A DNA stretch of 64,000 nt from NCBI GenBank assembly GCA_034408725.1, contig JAWXCN010000152.1, forward strand, positions 1 to 64,000, read 5' to 3'. Under the pieces are notes generated by a model. That model was not told the DNA's origin. It saw only the letters and a program-made list of their open reading frames with translations, and did no database searches. Shown piece by piece: positions 57,159 through 64,000 of this stretch. Position numbers and translations under genes: made by a program. Origin of the DNA: Candidatus Hydrogenedentota bacterium. GTDB taxonomy: Bacteria > Hydrogenedentota > Hydrogenedentia > Hydrogenedentales > SLHB01. Numbering within the stretch: the first letter of the stretch is position 1; each line of letters opens with the position of its first letter.

Positions 57159-59644
57159 AGCGTCAATCGCGGCACGACGGCGACACGATGAAGCCAGCAC
57201 GCGATATCACCGTGGCGCAACTGCTGTCACAAGTCATCATCCTGATCCTTCTGCTCGTGGTGATTTTCCCCCGTGTGTTTTTCTACGGCGAACTCGCGTC
57301 GTCCGCGGATATTCTGTTCCTGATCAAGCCGTGGAGCGAGTACGCGCCGCCGGGCTTCGAGCGGGTCCAGAACCAACTCATGTTCGATCCCGTTATGGCG
57401 TTCCGCCCGGACTACCTGCTCACCAAACAGGCCATCGAAAGCGGGGAATGGCCCTTATGGAACCCGCTCGAACTGGGCGGAGTGCCTTTGCTCGCGAATT
57501 GCCAAAGCACGGTGTTTTATCCACTACGCTTGTTGCTGCTCGCGATGGACGTCGATACGGCGATGACGGTATTTGTGCTATTGAAGCTTTTGCTGTGCGG
57601 CATCACGGCATTTATCTGTGCGCGGTGGATCGGATTGGGGCTTGCCGCGTCGCGTTTCTTTTCGGTGGCCTGGATGATGGGCAGCTACAACCTCATCTGG
57701 GCGAACTGGCCGCTGGTCGATGTCAGCGCATGGGCGCCAATCCTCTTCGCGGGCGCGGAATTCATTCTCAATGGCCGGTACCGTCGCGGGCTCGCGGCAA
57801 TGTCGCTCGGCGCGACGCTGATCCTGTACGCGGGCCATCCAGAAACGGCATTCACCTTGAGCATGGGCGTTGGAGTTTATTTTGCCGCTCGGCTCGTTTT
57901 CGATCAGTGCGGAGAACAAACTGGAGAGAGCCGGATTTCGGCATATACGTGGCGGCCAATCGTGCGCGCCATTACATCCATCGGAACATGGAAACGCGCC
58001 GGGATTGCCACAATGGCTTGGGCCATTGCGCTCCTTGCGTATACGCCGCAACTTTTGCCGTTCGTCGAGTTTCTGACAAACAGTTATACGTGGAGTGACC
58101 GGCACGAAAAGGAACACATTCTGATTTCGTATAGCGCGGGCTCGGCTGCGAGTCTTTGGGTGCCGCGCTATTTTGGAACCGGCGCCGAACAGAATTTTTG
58201 GGACCAGGAAAAGTGGAATTCAAATATCACCGCAAAGCAGTATCCGGGGATGGTGATCTGGTGCGCGCTTGCGTTATTGCTGGCGCGGGTTCCAAAGGAT
58301 TCACCGTTGCGCAAACGCAATGTCCAAGTTGCCGCGCTGTTGGTTGCGGCGCTCGCGGGATTCCTGTTGGCGTATCATGTGTGGCCCATTTCGCTGGTCC
58401 GGAAACTTCCCGTCTTCAGCTCCATGCTGGACATTTATCATATCTGTTTCACGCTCTTCGCATGGCCGCTGCTGGGAGCGATTAGCATTGAACGCTGGCT
58501 TTCGCGTAAACGGCGGTTGCGCGAACTATATCCCATCGTGGGTGTAATGTTGTTCGGCGCGATCGTGGTCTATTTCGTGAACCGGTTCAACGAACCGCTA
58601 CTTGCCATGCTGGTCCGCAAAGAACATCCCGGCCTCTACGATTATATCCGCGTTCAGATTTATATTGCGATTGGGTTCGCGGCAACGGCCTCACTTGTTT
58701 TTAGTATCTCATGCTTCTATCGGCGGCCAGAAATCATTTGGATACTCGCGGGTGTCGTGTTCGTCATCGATCATGCGGTCGCCGTCCGCGGGCTAAACCC
58801 TACCATGCCGCGCGCACTGGTGTATCCTGAAACCGAGCTAACACGCTTTCTACGCACGCTTCCCCACCCGTCACGGGTAGGAGTGGCGCAAGCTTCCATC
58901 TATAACGGCGCTATCGCGAACTACGGCGTCGAAGAGTGGGTCGGTTACGATGGCCTCTTTCCCGAACGGGTGATACGGTATCAAAGCGAATTAAAATCCA
59001 CGGTATGGGATGCCATGGAGCCGGCCCAGGCGATTGATTACTACGTCAGCGATCCAGACCCGCGCTACGAGCCGGCATTCCCGTGGAAAGAAATGTTGGC
59101 CTCGGGCAGGATCGAACGCGTAGGAAATTTCGATACACTCGACGTGTTCCGGAACAACGGCGCACTCCCACGGGCATTCCTGGCGCCGACGCTGGAAGTA
59201 ATCCCCGAACGCGACGCGCTCCTAGAAGTTATGTCAACGAAGGGTTTTGATCCATCAGAGCGCGCGGTGACCGAAGTGCGGCCGGGCAGCCCCATTCCAA
59301 ACGCCACCGCGCGGCCCGTGGGTACCGTGGAAATGAACACGCATCGCTCCACGTTTGTACAGGTCACATACGAAACACGCGAAGACGCGGTGCTGGTGCT
59401 GGCGGATGCGTATTACCCCGGATGGAACGCGTATCTCGATGAAAGTCCCATCGAAATGTTTCCGGTTTACTACATGTTCCGCGGAATCATCGTGCCGCCG
59501 GGCCGGCATGTAGTCGAGTACCGGTATGAACCCGCGCCGCTCGAAATCGGTCTGATCGTTTCCAGCGCCACCCTGCTGGCCTCAGCGTTGGCGTCTGCTT
59601 TTCTCCTCCTGCGAATGAGGCAATCGCGCTCAATCGCGAAGTAA
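57155..59644 (+). CDS. YfhO-family polytopic membrane protein, paralog 4
   Basis: WPLWNP..GGVPLLANCQS..FYP, AGHPE, GYDGLFPER, LPRAFL and YPGWNAYLD...FRGIIVPPGRH.VEYRYEP. GTGA overlap with the upstream gene (alternative ATG 57188). Confidence 0.85.
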   Translation: MKRQSRHDGDTMKPARDITVAQLLSQVIILILLLVVIFPRVFFYGELASSADILFLIKPWSEYAPPGFERVQNQLMFDPVMAFRPDYLLTKQAIESGEWPLWNPLELGGVPLLANCQSTVFYPLRLLLLAMDVDTAMTVFVLLKLLLCGITAFICARWIGLGLAASRFFSVAWMMGSYNLIWANWPLVDVSAWAPILFAGAEFILNGRYRRGLAAMSLGATLILYAGHPETAFTLSMGVGVYFAARLVFDQCGEQTGESRISAYTWRPIVRAITSIGTWKRAGIATMAWAIALLAYTPQLLPFVEFLTNSYTWSDRHEKEHILISYSAGSAASLWVPRYFGTGAEQNFWDQEKWNSNITAKQYPGMVIWCALALLLARVPKDSPLRKRNVQVAALLVAALAGFLLAYHVWPISLVRKLPVFSSMLDIYHICFTLFAWPLLGAISIERWLSRKRRLRELYPIVGVMLFGAIVVYFVNRFNEPLLAMLVRKEHPGLYDYIRVQIYIAIGFAATASLVFSISCFYRRPEIIWILAGVVFVIDHAVAVRGLNPTMPRALVYPETELTRFLRTLPHPSRVGVAQASIYNGAIANYGVEEWVGYDGLFPERVIRYQSELKSTVWDAMEPAQAIDYYVSDPDPRYEPAFPWKEMLASGRIERVGNFDTLDVFRNNGALPRAFLAPTLEVIPERDALLEVMSTKGFDPSERAVTEVRPGSPIPNATARPVGTVEMNTHRSTFVQVTYETREDAVLVLADAYYPGWNAYLDESPIEMFPVYYMFRGIIVPPGRHVVEYRYEPAPLEIGLIVSSATLLASALASAFLLLRMRQSRSIAK

Positions 59645-59667
59645 CCTTGAACAAGAAAAGGAAACCT

Positions 59668-59859
59668 GCAGCTACCCGCGGATTCTAAATTTCATTTGGC
59701 CGCGCGCAGCGCCTTGGAGTGCGGCGTGTCAGCGCCGCTTTCACTTCGGATAACCGAATGCCTCAATAAATTCGCGGGCTTCAGGCTCACGTGACTAGAG
59801 AATAGGCCAGTCGCACTTTATTGCAAAGCGACCTTGCCCAGGAAATGGAAAGCGGTAGC
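59668..59859 (-). repeat. Diverged inverted copy of the ~216-bp REP/REPIN-like unit found at 35.4-35.7 kb
   Basis: The reverse complement aligns with 35429-35595 across both REP ends and the spacer (GCTTTCCATTTCCTGGG, CCTGAAG, AATTTATT, CCGAAGTGAAAGCGGCGCTGACACGCCGCA[C/G]TCCAAGGCGCT). An intact REP is at 59708-59742. Confidence 0.88.
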
Positions 59860-59892
59860 GGAGGTGTTGCAAATCCTTCGCATAAATGACCG

Positions 59893-60915
59893 CTAATATC
59901 CGGCTTCAAGGTCCACGACATTCTTCAATGGCAGTCCCTGCGCAAACCTTCCGATATTGTCACGGATGAGCGTGAGCGTGCGCGGCTCCCGTCCGTCGGA
60001 AGTTCCGGCCATGTGCGGCGTGATGATGACGTTTGGCAGTTTCCAGAGCGGGTGATTTGCGGGTAGTGGTTCAGGCTCCGTTACGTCCAACCCAGCGCCG
60101 CCGAGGTGTCCGGACTCGAGTGCTTGCGTCAACGCATCCGTGTCAATTACGCCACCGCGCGAGATGTTAACGATGAATGCGCCGGGCTTCATCGCGGCGA
60201 TTTCTTTCGCGCCAAGCATGTGTTTCGTTGCGCCCGTAAGCGGTACCGCGCACATGACCACGTCGGCGCCGGGCAGGAAACTCAGCAGTTCGTCGGGCCT
60301 GCCAACCTGATCGACGCTCTGCATCATCGGGATGTCCTTCACATCCAACGCGATGACGCGCATGCCGAAGGCTTTCGCCCTATCGGCAATTTGGGCGCCA
60401 GCTCCGCCAAGTCCGATTATCAACATGGTCTTATCGCGCAGATCGAGCAGTTTCAATCCTGATGAACGATCAAAAGCACCAGTTTCCATTGCATTGGTGT
60501 AGAACCGCATGTTACGCGTCAGCGAAAGCAACAGCGCGAACGCGTGGTCGGCGAGCTGCGGACCCATGATTATCTTGGCGTTGGTGAGCACAAGCCCGCG
60601 CTCCTGCCAAGGCTTGAGCCAAACCATGCCTTCCATACCTGCATAGCGTGCCTGAATCCAGCGCAATTTTCCGGCAGATTTCATCATGGACTCATCGGGT
60701 TCACCGATGACACCGTCGCATTCGGGAATGCGATTCGCCATTTCGCCCGTGCTCGCATAGGTGATCAATTGCAGATTGGGATACTGCCCGACAATATCGG
60801 AGAGGTCTTTGGCGATATGTTCGGGCGCGAGCACGCGCACGGGATCAGCGGCATGCGCGAAAAATGCGACGGCCATTGAACAATAAACCGCGAAAAGCCG
60901 GATACGCGTTTTCAC
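59893..60915 (-). CDS. D-2-hydroxyacid dehydrogenase family protein with an N-terminal signal peptide
   Basis: IIGLGGAG, PLT, VNISRG, LDVTEPEPLP and ITPHMAG. N-terminus MKTRIRLFAVYCSMAVAFFAHA-A. Confidence 0.9.
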   Translation of the reverse strand: MKTRIRLFAVYCSMAVAFFAHAADPVRVLAPEHIAKDLSDIVGQYPNLQLITYASTGEMANRIPECDGVIGEPDESMMKSAGKLRWIQARYAGMEGMVWLKPWQERGLVLTNAKIIMGPQLADHAFALLLSLTRNMRFYTNAMETGAFDRSSGLKLLDLRDKTMLIIGLGGAGAQIADRAKAFGMRVIALDVKDIPMMQSVDQVGRPDELLSFLPGADVVMCAVPLTGATKHMLGAKEIAAMKPGAFIVNISRGGVIDTDALTQALESGHLGGAGLDVTEPEPLPANHPLWKLPNVIITPHMAGTSDGREPRTLTLIRDNIGRFAQGLPLKNVVDLEAGY

Positions 60916-60917
60916 CG

Positions 60918-62279
60918 CTATGCGTTCACGAGGTCTTTGGCGTGCGCGTGAATCTTCTCGATGGCGTCCGCGATTTGGTCCATGTCTTCACGAGGACCCA
61001 GAAGCATGTTCTGCGTGAACCATACGGCCTGTTCGGTCACTTTGTCGTTCTCGGGACACGGAATGCGTTCGAGGTATTCGTCGATCCGCTTCTTGCCGTA
61101 CACCTTCATATAAGTACGCGACGTGACGCGCTCGCGAATGTACGGCTCTTCGTTCAGTTTTCGATAGCCCGTCGAACCGGGTATGCCCTCGGCACTGAGC
61201 GCTTTCAGAAAATCCGCGCGCGAAAGGCCAGCGAATTGTTCGGGATCGTAGCGAAACATGTAGAGGTGATACGCGTTTCGCGTGCAGCCTTCGTAAGGTT
61301 TCACGGGAGTGATGCCGGGGACCTTTCCGATGCGCGAGGTCAGATGCGCGGCATTCGTTTCGCGGGTCTTGCTCTGCGCTTCGACCCGTTCGATCTGTCC
61401 GAGCAGAATCGCGCCCTGAAATTCCGTGAGGCGCAGGTTTGCGCCATGCCGCGCGTATGCGCCTTCGTGTTTCGTGCCTGGATAACCGCGTCCGTTGGAA
61501 TGAAATGCGTATGCCGCATGCATAATCGCGTCATCGTTGGTGACCATTGCGCCGCCGTCGCCGCAGCTAATATTTTTCGATACCTGAAAACTGTAACACC
61601 CCGTCGCGCCGAAATTGCCGAATTTCATGCTGCGCCATTCCCCCAGGTGCGACTGGCATGCATCCTCGACCACGGCGATATTGCGGTTCGTAGCGATGGC
61701 GGCGACAGCGTCCACGTCATAGGCCGCGCCGCCAAGGTGCACAGGGATCATGCAGCGCGTGTTTTCCGTGAGTGCGGCTTCGATCTTTGTGGCGTCGATC
61801 TGAAACGTATTAATATCCGTATCGACAAATACCGGCAGAGCGTGGTGCATGAAGACCGCGTTGATTGTGGCAGAGAATGTATACGGCGGCACTATAACTT
61901 CGTCTCCCGGGCCGATATCGAGCGCGTTAAGCGAAGCGATAAGCGCGCTGGTGCCGTTCGCAATTGCGAGGCAATGCTTCACGCCGAGCATTTCGGCGAA
62001 TTTCTTCTCGAAATCAGTAACGTTGGTTGCGCCGCCACCAAACCGGTACCAGGCTTTTTTCCGCAACGTCTCGACCCAAAGCTCTTCTTCGGCTGAATCG
62101 AAAACCGGCCACGACGGAAATCCCTCAGTGCGCACGGGAGTACCGCCAAGCAGTGCGGGTTTGGCCGCTTCGGCGACCGCGATACTCACCGCGGTGGGCC
62201 GGACTGCGGCGGCGGTGGCCGCCAGCGCGATTGTGGCGCCTTTCAAAAACTGGCGGCGTTCGACTTGATCGATCGGCAT
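60918..62279 (-). CDS. DegT/DnrJ/EryC1/StrS PLP aminotransferase with a Tat signal
   Basis: ERRQFLK followed by a hydrophobic stretch, NGTSAL, GDEVIVPPYTF, VEDACQSH, SFQVSKN and GDGG. Confidence 0.92.
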   Translation of the reverse strand: MPIDQVERRQFLKGATIALAATAAAVRPTAVSIAVAEAAKPALLGGTPVRTEGFPSWPVFDSAEEELWVETLRKKAWYRFGGGATNVTDFEKKFAEMLGVKHCLAIANGTSALIASLNALDIGPGDEVIVPPYTFSATINAVFMHHALPVFVDTDINTFQIDATKIEAALTENTRCMIPVHLGGAAYDVDAVAAIATNRNIAVVEDACQSHLGEWRSMKFGNFGATGCYSFQVSKNISCGDGGAMVTNDDAIMHAAYAFHSNGRGYPGTKHEGAYARHGANLRLTEFQGAILLGQIERVEAQSKTRETNAAHLTSRIGKVPGITPVKPYEGCTRNAYHLYMFRYDPEQFAGLSRADFLKALSAEGIPGSTGYRKLNEEPYIRERVTSRTYMKVYGKKRIDEYLERIPCPENDKVTEQAVWFTQNMLLGPREDMDQIADAIEKIHAHAKDLVNA

Positions 62280-62303
62280 GAACTTCCCCTAGTGCGTCTC
62301 TGT

Positions 62304-62741
62304 TTATGCGGTGAAATGTTCCCAGGCGCGTTGTTCCAGCGATTCATGAACTTTGACGCGATCTTCCTCCGACAAATATCGGTCGAGCGCAGCCCAAAAT
62401 TCATCCCACATGAATCGCAGCACGAGAACGTCCTCGTGCGCCATGACGGTGGCGGTGCGCATTTTTTTGGGATTGAACTGCATGACTTCCCCGAGCAATT
62501 CGGGCGCCTTCGATTTGGAATCAGGCATATCAGATTTATGAATGCGCACTGACCCTGTCAGCAGGATAAAGCCGCGGTTACGCCCCGTGCTGCCTTCGCG
62601 AGTCATGCGATGGCCCTTGCGAAGACGGCGGACCTCTGCAACTTCTTTGATTGCGGTGACGATAGTTTCGCGGATTGCCGGTTCAAAGTCGGCCACCCAC
62701 GGCACGTTCAAGATTGCCTCTCGAATATCGTCCGGTCCCAT
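62304..62741 (-). CDS. Stand-alone cyclic nucleotide-binding domain protein (paralog A)
   Basis: REG....GFILLTGSVRI, LLGEVM...RTATVMA...VL (phosphate-binding cassette). No HTH or other output domain. Confidence 0.8.
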   Translation of the reverse strand: MGPDDIREAILNVPWVADFEPAIRETIVTAIKEVAEVRRLRKGHRMTREGSTGRNRGFILLTGSVRIHKSDMPDSKSKAPELLGEVMQFNPKKMRTATVMAHEDVLVLRFMWDEFWAALDRYLSEEDRVKVHESLEQRAWEHFTA

Positions 62742-62770
62742 TCATTCCTCCCTTTCGAGCATGGTCCGCC

Positions 62771-63217
62771 TTAGCGCAAGAAATGCTCCCATGCCTGACT
62801 TTCAAGGACCTCGCGAAGCTTGACAATTTCGTCCGGTTTCAAAGCCGCCTCGGCCTTCTGCCAGAACTCATCCCACATGAAACGGAGCACGACTGATTCC
62901 ATTGCGCCCGCGCAGGTTGCAGTGCGGACCCCCGCGGGATTGAACTGCATAATCTCGCCGACGAGTTCGGGCGCCTTGCAGGTGACATCGGGGAAACCTT
63001 CCTTGCGCACCAGCACAGCGCCTTGCATCAGAATATAGCCCTTGTTGTCGACGTGTTCCCACTGATGGATGAACACACCGCCTGCCGGGACAACGCGCGC
63101 GACGCTTATTGCCTGAAAAATATCGGTGATTTTCTCGCGGAGCTCCGGCTCCAGATCGGTCATGATGCGCAGACTGAGAATTTTTTCGCGGACTTCATCC
63201 ATATCCATGGCGTTCAC
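62771..63217 (-). CDS. Stand-alone cyclic nucleotide-binding domain protein (paralog B)
   Basis: GYILMQGAVLV and LVGEIM...RTATC. Shares APEL.GE.MQFNP..RTAT..VLRFMWDEFW..LE..AWEHF with paralog A. Confidence 0.8.
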   Translation of the reverse strand: MNAMDMDEVREKILSLRIMTDLEPELREKITDIFQAISVARVVPAGGVFIHQWEHVDNKGYILMQGAVLVRKEGFPDVTCKAPELVGEIMQFNPAGVRTATCAGAMESVVLRFMWDEFWQKAEAALKPDEIVKLREVLESQAWEHFLR

Positions 63218-63274
63218 CTCCAGTGGGTAATTTTGGACAAAGCCACACCCCGCAGGATTCTATCACGGGACGGG

Positions 63275-64000
63275 TCAGATGCCGAATCCGCCGGTGACTT
63301 CGAGTGTATGCCCCGTAATGTAGGAAGCGTATGGCGAGGCGAGCAACAAAACACCGCCGGCGGCCTCTTCCGCGGTGCCGGTGCGCCCGAGCGGGACCAT
63401 CATGGTCATCATGTCCCGCATATGCTGTGGAATTCCAAGGGACACGACGTTCCCCTTTACCGTAATTTGCTCTCCGTCCTCTTTCGGCTGAATGAGGCGC
63501 GTTTCAATGGCGCCGAACGCCACGGCGTTGCATCGAATATTGAACTGTCCCCATTCCTTCGCGACCGTTTTTGTCATGCCGACAATTCCCATCTTCGCCG
63601 TTGCATAGTTTATTTGGCCGGCGTTGCCATGCAACCCCGAGGTGGACGAAATATTGATAATGCATCGCGGTTCCGGTGGCAGGCCCATGCCGGTTTCCTT
63701 TTTCGCGGCCTCGCGCATGTGTGGGACCGTCGCGCGAATCATGCGAAATGGCGCGCCGAGGTGTACGTCTATAATGGCGGCCCATTGCTCGTCCGTGGTT
63801 TTCTGGATGACACTGTCCCAGGTGTAGCCGGCATTATTAACGAGAATGTGCAGCGCGCCGAACTTTTCGACCGCAGCGTCCATCAACTGCGCCGGGAACG
63901 CAGGGTCCGTTACGTCTCCGTATACGGAGATGGCCGCTCCCCCGCTTCGGCGGATTTCCATCGCAACGGCTTCGGACGGTTCCATGTCCAGGTCTGAAAC
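63275..64000 (-). CDS. SDR oxidoreductase (3-oxoacyl-ACP reductase-like), 5' end truncated by the window edge
   Basis: NNAGYTWD, NISSTSG..GNAGQINYATAK, NAVAFG and ITGHTLEVTGG. The frame is open to position 64000 (VSDLDMEP...). Confidence 0.9.
   Translation of the reverse strand, partial: VSDLDMEPSEAVAMEIRRSGGAAISVYGDVTDPAFPAQLMDAAVEKFGALHILVNNAGYTWDSVIQKTTDEQWAAIIDVHLGAPFRMIRATVPHMREAAKKETGMGLPPEPRCIINISSTSGLHGNAGQINYATAKMGIVGMTKTVAKEWGQFNIRCNAVAFGAIETRLIQPKEDGEQITVKGNVVSLGIPQHMRDMMTMMVPLGRTGTAEEAAGGVLLLASPYASYITGHTLEVTGGFGI

Noticed and set aside
57100..58098. 332-aa alternative-frame ORF overlapping YfhO paralog 4
   Set aside because: Out-of-frame overlap with a well-supported gene, with low-information Arg/Gly-rich composition.
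60864..62096. 410-aa plus-strand ORF
   Set aside because: Antisense shadow of the DegT-family aminotransferase.

Overview
A gene-dense, GC-rich bacterial chromosomal window with about 38 coding regions. I see no rRNA, tRNA, CRISPR array, integrase, transposase or phage genes. The gene mix (PEP-CTERM protein, DUF1549/DUF1553 planctomycete-type cytochrome c, two DUF1501, DUF1800, many Tat substrates, expanded YfhO-like membrane proteins) suggests a diderm related to PVC/Acidobacteria-like groups, possibly Candidatus Hydrogenedentota; this is inference only. Main blocks: (1) a secreted clan GH-A glycoside hydrolase divergent from a ~2,550-aa surface protein (ELWxxDGT repeats, about 18 Ig-like repeats, an unusual 'VPVNPW'+TM+basic tail) that has a long, hairpin-rich leader; (2) a tightly coupled ThDP enzyme / alpha-beta hydrolase / BASS symporter / extended SDR / SDR operon; (3) a PSD1-DUF1501 pair split by an opposite-strand PEP-CTERM gene, an RND pair, and DUF1800-DUF1501; (4) stand-alone dnaK, rffA-hddA-like genes, serC, and an AGMO-like desaturase; (5) four YfhO-like (GT-C) paralogs around an HDOD / pseudo-kinase / receiver gene; (6) two tandem stand-alone cNMP-binding proteins upstream of a Tat-type aminotransferase and a signal-peptide-bearing dehydrogenase. 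Non-coding signals include several sigma54 -24/-12 motifs (two with a TTGG variant at -12) and a dispersed ~216-bp GGAG-REP/REPIN-like element. All product calls come from motif recognition, not database searches.
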